Part shown: in pieces, positions 18,501 to 27,200 of the stretch | How positions within the stretch are numbered: the first letter of the stretch is position 1 | Layout: each line of letters opens with the position of its first letter | Notes under the pieces: generated by a model | What the model was told of the DNA's origin: nothing | Database searches by the model: none | What the model saw: the letters and a program-made list of their open reading frames with translations, nothing else | Made by a program: the position numbers and the translations under genes | Assembly (NCBI GenBank): GCA_017987115.1 | Contig: JAGNUG010000003.1 | Span: 319 to 64,318 of the forward strand | DNA: 64,000 nt | Direction of reading: 5' to 3' | Source of the DNA: Flavobacteriales bacterium | GTDB lineage: Bacteria > Bacteroidota > Bacteroidia > Flavobacteriales_F > PHOS-HE28

Positions 18501-18715
18501 CTTGCAATGGATGAACCCCAAGAAGTTGCACTCTTCAGTTTGCGATAAATGGTGATGGAGCTCGTACCGGACAGCCCCTTCCAACTGACCGTGATCCGCA
18601 CGGGCGAAGCACTTGCAACTGCTGACAATTGCACCGCTGCGGTTTCCGAAACGGATTGCGGAAATAATAGTGTGGAGCTGAAGAGGCCGAGCAGGATGAA
18701 GATGTACTTGGTCAT
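12557..18715 (-). CDS. giant (2052 aa) T9SS-secreted repeat adhesin: FN3, C25/gingipain-like domain, FN3, Cys-rich linker, 16 Ig-like modules, SprB-type repeat, type A CTD
   Basis: The signal peptide reads ...TLLFP|QSVSE. C25-like motifs are GKMILLVANN, VYIVGH..VPY, DGYYGEM, LQVGRV and GDPSL. There are 16 modules of the form FC[TS]GG.V.L.A....Y.W..NG..I.GAT...Y.A...G.Y.V.V....C. The SprB-like repeat reads GTISATVTGGQAPYSYLWN...GMYNVIVTDVNGC. The CTD reads VYPNPF...LDVYTIDGVLV...GMYFYRL...GKLKSE. Confidence 0.85.
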   Translation of the reverse strand: MTKYIFILLGLFSSTLLFPQSVSETAAVQLSAVASASPVRITVSWKGLSGTSSITIYRKLKSATSWGSSIASPAPTTNSYIDNGVSVGTAYEYKVVRVANGVTGTGYLCSGINVPMRDYRGKMILLVANNLVSPLSTELLTLEKDLAADGWSVLRTNVTTNTTVSGVRNIILGHYQSDPSNVKAVYIVGHIAVPYSGNIAPDGHGSHQGAWPCDGYYGEMNGNWTDNSVSVQASQNPKNFNVPGDGKFDQSDFPSALELQVGRVDLYDMPAFNSSEVELTRNYLNKAHNFKVKGYTPNPRAMMFDNLQWVGNPLAASGWRSIAPMVGSEEISAPYQYGPSYNSLVNGQSYLWAYASGGGLQEYIGNDVTFNGADNIGTTQSYAAGNLGGVFNMSFGSYFGDWDNKNNFLRAPLAKGEGLTNAYSSIPGWYFHHMGLGENIGYSTLETMNNTGLYVPLTDGWQGSIGRTHLGLMGDPSLRQKMVAPPTSLSISNASGTAAFAWTASSEQVAGYYIYQFDANTGAISKVTNTLVTSTSYQNSSVPFQNGKQYMVRAMKMQIDPSGSYENLSLGTIAVSSGVAPPPTTDCAGVVGGTAVPGTTCNDGNACTTDDRWNSSCQCVGVDNTPAASVTPVGSTTFCTGGSVVLNASTGSSYQWKKDGNNISGATSSSYTANTSGTYTVTVSNGSCSATSSGVSVSASSGPSANITAPNGTTFCSGGSAVLNATTGTGFQYVWYRNGSVISGATSVSYTATQAGAYTVRVISGACYTNSSAVTVSVTTSGTASITPVGSTSFCTGGSVVLNASTGSSYQWKKDGNNISGATSSSYTANTSGTYTVTVSNGSCLATSSGVSVSASSGPSANITAPNGTTFCSGGSAVLNATTGTGFQYVWYRNGSVISGATSVSYTATQAGAYTVRVISGACYTNSSAVTVSVTTSGTASITPVGSTSFCTGGSVVLNASTGSSYQWKKDGNNISGATSSSYTANTSGTYTVTVSNGSCLATSSGVSVSASSGPSANITAPNGTTFCSGGSAVLNATTGTGFQYLWYRNGSVISGATSVSYTATQAGAYTVRVISGACYTNSSAVTVSVTTSGTASITPVGSTSFCTGGNVVLNATGGGTYMWQFNGQNIPGATSSSYTATQQGSYKVIVTNGSCSATSNALTVSISTSAPAATISASGPVNLCTGSSVVLSAPSGSSYVWKRNNVTINGATNSNYTATQGGSYRVTVGTGACASTSAPLNVTINTPPSAIITATGPTTVCAGQTVAMSANTGSGYQFVWKRNGTPITGATNNSYTATQSGNYTVMVIHGACFTNSAVTPVSMSGTGSASITPAGPTTFCTGGNVVLNANAGSSYQWMRNGASIDGATSSNFTATQAGSYTVTVGSGSCSGTSSAVAVSVSTVGSASISATGPTTFCTGGNVVLNASAGSSYQWKRNGTSINGATSSNYTASQAGSYTVTVGSGSCSGTSNALTVTVSSVSSASITAAGPTTFCTGGNVVLNASAGSSYQWKRNGTSINGATNNSYTATQAGSYTVTVGSGSCSGTSGAVSVSVTTLGTASIAPGSSTSFCTGGSVVLYANTGAGYSYVWRRNGALINGATASNYTATQAGSYTVAVNAGTCSATSAAIIVSVTNSITATLFATGPVGFCYGGSVVLAVDAAAGYTYVWKRNGSTIQGATSNSYTGTQAGIYTVVVTNGNCSATSNSVQLHVGGQINTNITASQQTGLCSNGGVTLSVPAAAGNTYVWRNYGATINGATSNTYTATTSGGYEVSIYNASCVANSNVVFVNAGSGVNTWIMAQGSTNVCSGDEVVFSTYTAPGLTHTWRRNGATINGATESTYAATQSGSYSVLTTNGSCTVSTNAIQAFIAAPLTVTGSPNISNGTISATVTGGQAPYSYLWNTTPAQITQTAAINVSGMYNVIVTDVNGCTASANTSIEIGSTMAVEETDDVLAETIEKEDVSENIEILVYPNPFRGLTTFSITGLKADERTTLDVYTIDGVLVANVFTGAVDQQGSYRLTWDASNLKTGMYFYRLISGDRVTSGKLKSE
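13085..16831 (-). repeat. array of 16 consecutive 77-79-aa Ig-like modules (coding)
   Basis: I counted the modules from the translated protein. Each has two conserved Cys residues (FCxGG near the start and GxC near the end) and a Y-x-W-x-x-N-G core. Confidence 0.8.
15393..16796 (-). repeat. three tandem, near-identical copies of a 468-bp unit (156 codons, two Ig-like modules per unit)
   Basis: gtgcagaacgatgtggaacc starts at 15393, 15861 and 16329. By eye, copy 2 and copy 3 differ at 3 positions, and copy 1 and copy 2 at about 6. Shadow ORFs in the track recur at exactly +468 (15567/16035/16503 and 15852/16320). Confidence 0.9.
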
Positions 18716-18954
18716 TACTGTATAACGGAGGTGAAGTCCATCATGCGGCAGGAGAGAAAACGCAGAAAGGAAAAGTTAGAAAAAGAAATATCCAGCTGAG
18801 GATCGAAACGGGGCGATCAGAAAAACCCACAATCACATGCTTCAACGGAATGGCTTTGAACACACCAAGGTCGGTGGAGCGTTCATGCGATCCGATCGTT
18901 GAATTATTCATGCAGTTCGTGAGCAATTTGGGTTTCCGTTCGATCTTCGGTGCG

Positions 18955-18962
18955 CAAAACTA
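18955..18962 (-). promoter_or_regulatory. candidate -7 box (TAgtTTTG) far upstream of the giant adhesin gene
   Basis: The minus strand reads cgaaTAgtTTTGcgc. This would imply a leader of about 235 nt. There is no well-spaced -33 TTG. A weaker TAacTTTT box at 18772-18779 is an alternative. Confidence 0.25.
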
Positions 18963-19272
18963 TTCGTCCAAACAACGCACAGACCCTCTATAACCCTTAC
19001 CCAACGGGGCTTTTGGATCTACTCATCGGCCCACAGGACGATTCCATCCGGCCTTTGATCCTTCTTACCCGGCAGAAGGATCGATTCGTCGTTTTTTTCA
19101 CCTTTCAGTCGAGCGGTAGGTTCTGCCCGACGAATGGACTGGAAATCATGGAAGTGCCCCCCTGAAATTGGTCCGACAACAAAGGAGTCACCCTATTCGG
19201 GATCAGATACTTGGTGCGATGACCTACTCGGATCCTTATCCTTCGCATGAACGACATTTACTGTCGTTGACG

Positions 19273-20451
19273 TTATGAGGTTCGACCATTGATGCATTTC
19301 GCAACCCAATAGCCCATCGAAAACGCCATTTGCAAAAGAAACCCGCCAGTAGGTGCATCGACATCCAACATTTCCCCTACAACGGAGATATGCGGATGTT
19401 CAAGCAACCCAAGCTCAGCTGAAACCTCGCTCAATGCGATCCCGCCAATGCTGCTTATTGCTTCTTCAATGGGGCGCAATTTCTCTACCTCAAGCGTGCA
19501 GCATTTGATCACCTGCGCTAATACCTCAGCATTTTGGAATTGTTCTTTGCTCGTGATGGACTTGATCAAAGCGAACTGTGCTCGCGTCATGGACAATGCC
19601 GTCGGCCACTCTTTCGGTGAATGATCCTTGAGCTTGACGAATATTTGTTCGACGGTATTGTCCGGCTTAAGATCGATCATGATCTCTGCCTTACCAGTGT
19701 TGGTCAATTGATCCCGAACCAACGGAACGTTCGGGTAGATCGCGTTCCCTTCCAGACCATATTCGGTAATGGTCGCTTCTCCACGAATGAATTTATTCCC
19801 GACACCGATCGCGATGTTCTTCAGCGGTTTACCTGCATGAATGTTCATCACCGTAGGCCACGAAATTTCGACTCCGCAATTGCTTGAACGGAATGGAAAC
19901 GTGCGCACGCCTATCCGCTCAAATTCAGAGAGCCACTCACCCACGGATCCGGTCCGTGGCCAGGATGCACCACCCAAAGCGAATATGTAGTGATCCACAC
20001 TGAGTACCTCGATCCCAGCAGAAGTCTTGATCAATGGTCGGGTCTGAGCATCGAAACCGACGAACATACTGTTGGTGTGTATTCGAACACCTTTCGATAC
20101 GACCCGGTCCTTCATAGCCTTCAGGACTTGTGCAGGCTTGACCCCCTTCTCCGGAAACACTCGACCACTGCTCCCAACGAATGTTCTTACACCCATATCG
20201 CTCAACCACGCACGCAGTTCATCCGGTCCGAACGCCTTAAGTATTGGGCGCATGAACTCTTGATGCGTGTAGTGCGAAAGCAGGTCTTCTCCTTGAGCCG
20301 AATTCGCGATATTGAGACCACCATCACCTGCCACAAGAAATTTGCGACCTACGGTTCGACCGCGTTCATAGAGATCCACGGAATGGGATACGCCAAGCAC
20401 ATCAGCAGCGATCAATGCTGATGGACCACCACCGATGATCGCGATCTTCAT
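19273..20451 (-). CDS. FAD-dependent flavoprotein, HI0933/BaiN-like (TIGR03862-type)
   Basis: The N-terminal dinucleotide fold is MKIAIIGGGPSALIAADVL, and the C-terminus contains GEMLDVDAPTGGF, typical of the HI0933-like family. Confidence 0.75.
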   Translation of the reverse strand: MKIAIIGGGPSALIAADVLGVSHSVDLYERGRTVGRKFLVAGDGGLNIANSAQGEDLLSHYTHQEFMRPILKAFGPDELRAWLSDMGVRTFVGSSGRVFPEKGVKPAQVLKAMKDRVVSKGVRIHTNSMFVGFDAQTRPLIKTSAGIEVLSVDHYIFALGGASWPRTGSVGEWLSEFERIGVRTFPFRSSNCGVEISWPTVMNIHAGKPLKNIAIGVGNKFIRGEATITEYGLEGNAIYPNVPLVRDQLTNTGKAEIMIDLKPDNTVEQIFVKLKDHSPKEWPTALSMTRAQFALIKSITSKEQFQNAEVLAQVIKCCTLEVEKLRPIEEAISSIGGIALSEVSAELGLLEHPHISVVGEMLDVDAPTGGFLLQMAFSMGYWVAKCINGRTS

Positions 20452-20476
20452 GGCAGCTATCCAAGTGGAACCCGAT

Positions 20477-21457
20477 CTAGTCCTTTACAAGCTTGTACAG
20501 CTCTGTGAGGTCAGGGGCCAATATGACCTCTATCCTTCGATTCTTTGCTTTGTCCTCGGGGTCAACAGGGATGTATTCACCGCGGCCTGTTGCGGTCAGC
20601 CGTACCGGATCGATCCGGCTGTTCTCCTGCATAATGCGAACAACACTGGTAGCACGAATCACGCTCAGGTCCCAATTATCCTTGTAGGTGGAACCACTGC
20701 CGATCTTATCCGTATCGGTATGTCCTTCCACAAGGATGTTCAGTTCTTTTTCATTCTCGATCGCTTTGGCAAGTTTTGTAATTGCATCCTTGCCCTTCGC
20801 ATCGACCGTGGCTGAACCACTTGGGAAAAGCAACTTGTTATCCATGCTAACATAGATGCGCCCTCCGCGTTGTTCCACAGTAAGTCCTTTCCCTTCGAAC
20901 CCCGTAAGAGCCGCGCTAACGCGATCCTTCAAGCCTTTCATGGCTGCATCCTTGGCTTCGATCTCGGCTTGCAATTCTGAAAGCGCTGCTTGCTTTTCAT
21001 TAACACGTTTCGCCAGTGCATTCACCGAATCCTCCTTGTTCTGAAGGTTCAACCGCATTGCCTCAAGGTCGGTCAATAATTGACGGTTCTCGCTCCGATC
21101 ACCAGCCAATAGTTTATTGTACTTTTCCAAGAGTTCATTGTTCAGGCTATTGATCTTGTCGTATTGCCCTGTCATTTGTCGCAATGAATTACCGAGCACT
21201 GTTGTATCGCGCTGAAGTTCCGTGATGCGTTTGGCATCCTGCACGGATGTCGATCGCAACTCATCATAAGCAGCTTGTACTTCACGCGACTTCGCTGTTG
21301 CTCCGTCCGCCTCGGACTGAAGTGCTGCGGCCTTGGACTTTTGTTCCTCATACTTGCGAGCAGGTACACACGCAACTAAGAACAACCCAATGATAAAAAC
21401 TGTACTGAATGGTGTATGTGATCGGGAAATCATTGCTAACTTGCTATTGTGCGCCAA
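20477..21457 (-). CDS. OmpA-family lipoprotein with a long coiled coil
   Basis: The lipobox is FLVAC. A Q/E/L-rich coiled coil of about 150 aa follows. The OmpA_C motif reads ILVEGHTDTD...NWDLSVIRATSVVRIM...NRRIEVIL. The true start may be the internal Met (MISRSH...). Confidence 0.85.
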   Translation of the reverse strand: MAHNSKLAMISRSHTPFSTVFIIGLFLVACVPARKYEEQKSKAAALQSEADGATAKSREVQAAYDELRSTSVQDAKRITELQRDTTVLGNSLRQMTGQYDKINSLNNELLEKYNKLLAGDRSENRQLLTDLEAMRLNLQNKEDSVNALAKRVNEKQAALSELQAEIEAKDAAMKGLKDRVSAALTGFEGKGLTVEQRGGRIYVSMDNKLLFPSGSATVDAKGKDAITKLAKAIENEKELNILVEGHTDTDKIGSGSTYKDNWDLSVIRATSVVRIMQENSRIDPVRLTATGRGEYIPVDPEDKAKNRRIEVILAPDLTELYKLVKD

Positions 21458-21532
21458 AGGTGCGGCATTGTGCGTGAATTGATCCGGGATCCAGAAACAT
21501 TTTTTTGAACAAGCCGTTCTAACTAATACATC

Positions 21533-22261
21533 ATGAATAACATTGGATACAACGGACTTCCAAAGGATTGGGTATTAATACCCTCTCTTGATGCGGAATT
21601 GAAGCTGTACACGTTGCTGGCCTATTTGCAACGAGTGGAGAGGCGTTTCCACGAGAATAAGTTGTTTCCCTATGTCGGCGACCTGCGTTCACACATAGCT
21701 GATCTCGTCGATCTAAGAGAAAGCAAGAATGCATTAATGAAAACATTGAATGGGGAGCTGGTCGGCTTCGACTCCAGAACAGGCGCTCCTGTTCATGGCT
21801 CGCTTCCGGAACCAGACCTAATGAATGTGATCGATGAAGTGGTCGACTTCGCCATTCCTGGTATGGAACGTCTTAAGATAATTGGCGAGGAGAAACAAGG
21901 ATCATTCATTGAAAAAGTGCAATTGATAACCGTTGGTATCCAGCCATTATATGCCACCGAAGGTTGGTTGCTATTACGCGCTGGCAAACAGGCTAGAGCA
22001 TACAACTACTCCATTCCATTGGTCCAGAACACAAGATCAGATGCGGAACACACCAATATCCGGACAAACTATGTGACCAGCTATACAATGGGGATCGGGT
22101 TCGATTATCATCATGCTAAGGCGGACCTTGTCCACCGCTACACACAATTTCCGAATCCTGCCACTTTCGCAGTGGAAACGGAACTTCCGTTACCCTATAT
22201 GGAGACGCTGTTGCCATTGGCGAAGCGCTGCGTCATTGATCATCTTGGATCAGCGAAATAA
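21533..22261 (+). CDS. hypothetical cytoplasmic protein (242 aa)
   Basis: This is a long ORF with ordinary composition. It has no signal peptide and no motif I recognise. Confidence 0.55.
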   Translation: MNNIGYNGLPKDWVLIPSLDAELKLYTLLAYLQRVERRFHENKLFPYVGDLRSHIADLVDLRESKNALMKTLNGELVGFDSRTGAPVHGSLPEPDLMNVIDEVVDFAIPGMERLKIIGEEKQGSFIEKVQLITVGIQPLYATEGWLLLRAGKQARAYNYSIPLVQNTRSDAEHTNIRTNYVTSYTMGIGFDYHHAKADLVHRYTQFPNPATFAVETELPLPYMETLLPLAKRCVIDHLGSAK

Positions 22262-22279
22262 GAACTTGCAAGATGCGGG

Positions 22280-23986
22280 TCAATGGTTCGGCCGCTTTGT
22301 ATTATCCAGCCAAACAGTGGCCAGGTCGCGGTATTCCATTCCATTGATGGGTAGGTCCATGACCCAAGGCTGTAGAACGCGAATTGACATTTCATGATAA
22401 AGCGGAATTACCATGGCATCCTGCATCAACTGTTTTTCTGCGAGCGCCAGTGATAGCATCCGGTCCTTCGGATCATTGGTGCGCTGCGCAAGCATGTACA
22501 ATGAATCGAAACGCGCATTGACATAGCGTGTCGTATTCAGGCTTGCTGGCAACGTGCTGTCCAATGGAGCGTTCTTTCCATAGAACAGTGCCAAGAAATT
22601 CTCCGGGTCCGGATGATCAGCTACCCAGCCTTCGCGCCAGATAGCCGCATCTCCGCGTTCCACGCGCGCAAAATGCTGTTCAGATGGAAGTACTGAGGTA
22701 ATAACACGTGCTCCAAGGTTCATTTCCAACATGTTCTGCACTTCACTTGCAACTTGCACGTATCCGAAACCATTATTGTTCACTTGTAGATATACACTTG
22801 GAAGTCCCTTGCCTTCAGGGTAACCCGCCTCCACCAATAACGCACGCGCACCTTCAGGGTCGAATTCCTGCAACGGAATACTATCATACGGGTAAGTTGA
22901 AAACCCAGGAGGAACAACACCATGTACCGCAGGTTCTGCCAACCCTTGCAATATGCTATCCACGATCATTTGTCTATCAATGGCCATGGAGAACGCCTTC
23001 CGCACCCTGACGTCTCGGAACGGAGCCATGCGTTCATTGAAACCATAGAATTGCACACTAAGCCCTGGAACACTTTGCACTTGATATGCCTTATCGGAGG
23101 ACTTGGACAAAATATCCGTACGACCGACCGGTATCTCAAAAATAGTACTTAAGTGTCCCTTTTCGAACTCCTGCAGTTCTTTCTCCTTATCCTGTAAAAA
23201 GGTGTAACGAATCGCATCCAGGAAGGGTAATTGGTTACCTGAACCATCCGTGCGCCAATAGGATGGATTCCGCTCCATGATCAGGGCTTCTCCTAGGCGT
23301 AAGCTCTTCATCCGAAATGGCCCGGTGCCGACCGGATGCCATACCAGATCGTCCTTATAATGCTCGGTGATCTCCTTCGGCCAGATCCAACATCCTTGGT
23401 GTGCCAGCACTTGTAAAAAGCTCTGCCAAGGATTAACGAGTGTTATACGTACCGTATACTCGTCGATCAATTCGATACCCTCAACTCCGTGATCCGTTGA
23501 CCCTTTCGCGCTCGCCGCATAATGTGCGTTGGCACCGAGCACACGGTCCTGGAATAACCAGAACATTTCATTCTCCACGCTATAGGTACATACGGCCCTT
23601 AGACAATACTCCACATCACGAGCTGTCAACGATCGTCCATTTCCATCAGGAAATGCAGGATCATTGTGGAACACCACTCCCTCCCGTATTTTGAACGTAT
23701 AAATGGTACCACTTGGGTCAACCGTCCATGATTCTGCAAGACATGGGAGTATTGTAAGATCTTTCTGGTCGAATCGCACCAACCCTTCATAGATCTGTGA
23801 AGCGATACGGTGTGAGGAGGCTTGTGTTACGCTCAACGGAAATAATCCGGGCAACTCCTCTGTTTCATTGACATTGAAAACTCCACCATAATGCTTTCCA
23901 CTTATTCCGGTCCTTTCCTTGGATCGTGGCGATGAATTGCACCCTAGCACGAAAAATGAAATAAGTAAGGCAATGGATATCCGCAT
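22280..23986 (-). CDS. ABC transporter substrate-binding lipoprotein, family 5 (peptide/nickel type)
   Basis: The lipobox is FFVLGC. Length and motifs (GLVRFD..., YTFKIREGVVFHND, AFSMAIDRQ) match SBP_bac_5. No permease or ATPase genes lie adjacent. Confidence 0.8.
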   Translation of the reverse strand: MRISIALLISFFVLGCNSSPRSKERTGISGKHYGGVFNVNETEELPGLFPLSVTQASSHRIASQIYEGLVRFDQKDLTILPCLAESWTVDPSGTIYTFKIREGVVFHNDPAFPDGNGRSLTARDVEYCLRAVCTYSVENEMFWLFQDRVLGANAHYAASAKGSTDHGVEGIELIDEYTVRITLVNPWQSFLQVLAHQGCWIWPKEITEHYKDDLVWHPVGTGPFRMKSLRLGEALIMERNPSYWRTDGSGNQLPFLDAIRYTFLQDKEKELQEFEKGHLSTIFEIPVGRTDILSKSSDKAYQVQSVPGLSVQFYGFNERMAPFRDVRVRKAFSMAIDRQMIVDSILQGLAEPAVHGVVPPGFSTYPYDSIPLQEFDPEGARALLVEAGYPEGKGLPSVYLQVNNNGFGYVQVASEVQNMLEMNLGARVITSVLPSEQHFARVERGDAAIWREGWVADHPDPENFLALFYGKNAPLDSTLPASLNTTRYVNARFDSLYMLAQRTNDPKDRMLSLALAEKQLMQDAMVIPLYHEMSIRVLQPWVMDLPINGMEYRDLATVWLDNTKRPNH

Positions 23987-24249
23987 AGGGTGAGCTCGTG
24001 GAACGGTAGCGCCAAAGCTATTCGTGACGCCCTTTCCAAACCTGCTGGAACCGATAACGAATCAACAATGGATTGGTGAGAAGCGCCAACTCAACTCCGC
24101 ACTGATCTTAGGAAAGCGTTCTTTTCAAAGCATGCGATAGGCCATCCTCCCACTTTGGGATACTTTTCGGCACCTAATACCGTATGTCTATTGTGCAGTA
24201 TAGCCGCTTAATAGCGCGCAACCCGCCGAATGCTCGGTACCGGGGCAGG

Positions 24250-27200
24250 ATGTTTATACGCCTGCTCGTGGCAGGATCTTTCGTACATTATGGTGCCGGA
24301 ACCTTGGTGGCACAATCAACATCAAACCTTCGGGATCATTGGGTCATCGTAACGAATGATACGGTTCAGCTGGACACGCTCAGCGTTGTACCCGGTTCGC
24401 TGCATGTATACGCAAACGGGCTTCCATTAGGCTCGATGGACTATGATCTGGATCCATACAAGGCACTGTTGATCTGGAAGGTCAAACCTGCTGCGGATTC
24501 AATTTTTGTGCGCTATCGGGCAATGCCTTTGCTTTTCAGCGAAGTCCATCAACACAAAGACCCCGATCGACTAACGACCGAAAGTGATGACAAGGTGGAT
24601 CCGTTCAAATACGTGCCTCCAAAGCAACAGGGAGACCTTATGGGGCTTCAAGGCCTCGAACGTAGCGGGAGCATTTCCCGTGGGGTTCTTTTCGGGAATA
24701 ACCAGGACCTATCCGTGAACTCAACGTTGAACCTTGAACTTAGTGGTCGGATAACGGACCGGATCAATGTACTGGCTTCCATTACGGACAATAACATTCC
24801 CATACAGGCCGGTGGAAATACGTTGGAGTTACAGGACTTCGACCAAGTCTTCATCAAACTATTTGAAGAAACTGGGCCGGATGCGGGCTGGTCATTAATA
24901 GCTGGGGACTTTGTTCTGCAACGCCCCAAAAGTCATTTCTTGACGTACCTGAAGAAAACGAAGGGGTTGAGTTATGACCAAAAATTCCGAGTAGGAGAAA
25001 AGGTGAGGTCCAGCGCTGGAGCTAGCGTCGCGATAAGCAAGGGGAAATTCGCACGCAATATCATTCAAGGTATTGAAGGCGTGCAGGGTCCTTATCGGTT
25101 GCGCGGGAATGATGGTGAAACATTCATTGTAGTCCTTTCCGGTACGGAGCGGATCTACTTCAATGGCGAGCCCTTGGTCCGAGGTCAAGAGAATGATTAT
25201 GTGATCGATTACAACACTGCTGAGGTGACATTCACTGCACGACGATTGATAACCAAGGACCGCCGACTAACGATCGAGTTCCAATACTCCGACAAGAACT
25301 ACGCAAGGTCTCTTGTACGGGTTGAAAGTGTCACGGAATTCGAGAAAGGCTCGTTGCGCGCAAATCTTTATACAGAGCAGGACCACCGGAACCAATCCCT
25401 GCAACAATCCCTGAGCGACGAAGAAAAAGAAGCGCTCCGTCTGGCAGGAGATGACCCCTTGGCAGCAACAGTGACCGGTGTTGATAGTAGTGGGTTTGCC
25501 ACGGACCAGATCCTTTATCTACGCAAGGACTCTTTGGGTTACGACCCTGTGTACGTTTACAGTACGGATCCGGATAGTGCTTTCTTTCGGATCACGTTCA
25601 CGCAAGTGAATTCCGGCAATGGAGATTATGTGCAACAAGAGTTCACACCCAACGGCAGGGTGTTCCGCTGGGTGCCGCCCGATACCGTTTCCGGGAACAT
25701 CATTCGCAGAGGTGACCATGCCCCTGTCCGTGTGTTGATCGCGCCGCGCAGTCAGCAGCTTTATACGTTGGGGTATGATCACCGTTTTTCGGAACTCACA
25801 AAAGGATCAGTAGAACTGGCCTATAGTTCGTTGGACAAGAATACATTCAGTGACCTCGATCAGACAGATAATGGCGGTTACGGATTCATGGCAAACGGGG
25901 AACATGCCATTCGGCTCGGCAAGAAAGACTCGACATTGCAATTGGTCCTAGGCGTTGACATGGAATCGATCTCCAAGAACTTCAGGTTCGTAGAACGATA
26001 TCGCGCTGTTGAATTTGAACGCAATTGGAATGCGACCGGCCTCTTACTGGATAACGATCAGGTCATCGCAGGTTCAACGCTTGGCCTCAAGGGTAGAAAA
26101 TTCGGTCAGTTCGGTTATGGCTTGAATACGCTCCAGGTCACTGAGCGCTATAAAGGATGGAAACAGGATCTCAACAGCAATGTGCATCTAGGTCGAACTG
26201 ATATCATTGGCGCGGCAAGTTGGTTGCAAACAACGCTACCGAGAGAAACCGATTTTCTTCGACATATTGCATTGATCAGGCATCGGTTCAATAAGCTAAC
26301 GATCGGCTACAAGGATGAGCATGAACGAAACCTGTTCAAGGCCGCTGGTGTTGACTCCTTGATCGCGGGTAGTTATCGTTTCTATGAATGGGAGGCCTTC
26401 GTCCAAAGCCCCGATAGCGCTAGGAATAAATGGCGTTTTGCTGGTGGTCAACGTACTGACCAAGCCTTGCAACTAGGGTCGCTCGTGCGCAGCACGCTGG
26501 CCACATCTTATAGCGCCAGTTTGGACCTAGCTCGCGATCCGCGTAACCGGCTTGGCACATCTTTTACTTACAGAAAACTGGAGATCAGTGATAGCACACT
26601 TACCACTCAAAAACCTGAGAATACCTATTTGGCACGCATCGATTATGATGCTACCCTATTCAAAGGCTTCGCCGTGCTGGACATGTTCTACGAACTAGGT
26701 TCCGGGCTTGAGCAGCGACGCGAATACATTTATCTCGAAGTACCTGCCGGGCAAGGTCTCTACATCTGGAATGATTACAATGACGATGGGGTAAAGGACC
26801 TCAATGAATTCGAACTGGCATCCTTTGGGTATGAAGCCGATCATCTGCGCGTATTCGTACCTAGCAACACTTACATCCGAACATTCAGCAATCAATTCAG
26901 TACTTCGTTGGATCTGCGGCCTGCCGCCCGTTGGGCAGATGCCAAAGGCGCAAAGAAATTCATCGCGAAATTCTCCGACCTTGCTTCATTACGTGTAGAC
27001 CGGAAGACAGGAATAGATGATATTCTCGCTGCGTTGAACCCGATCGGCACAGCCGCCTCGGATACTTCGCTACGATCCTACATTGCCAGTAACAGGAACA
27101 CCTTCTATTATGATCGTACTAGCAGACATTGGAGTGTTGATCATACTTATCAGAATGATCGCAGCCGCTCATTGCTTCTGAACGGTTTCGAGTCACGATC

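Noticed and set aside
18741-19165. Small ORFs in the long intergenic region (61 aa on the minus strand at 18741-18926; 71 aa on the plus strand at 18950-19165).
   Set aside because: There is no credible start context, and the composition is odd (one runs through the purine/pyrimidine tract). Neither has a signal peptide or motif. The region is treated as non-coding pending transcript data.
22280-23986. An orphan ABC substrate-binding protein as a marker of a disrupted transporter operon.
   Set aside because: Stand-alone family-5 SBP lipoproteins appear to be common in Bacteroidota, from what I remember of genome annotations. The ORF is intact and no pseudogene fragments of permease or ATPase genes are visible nearby.
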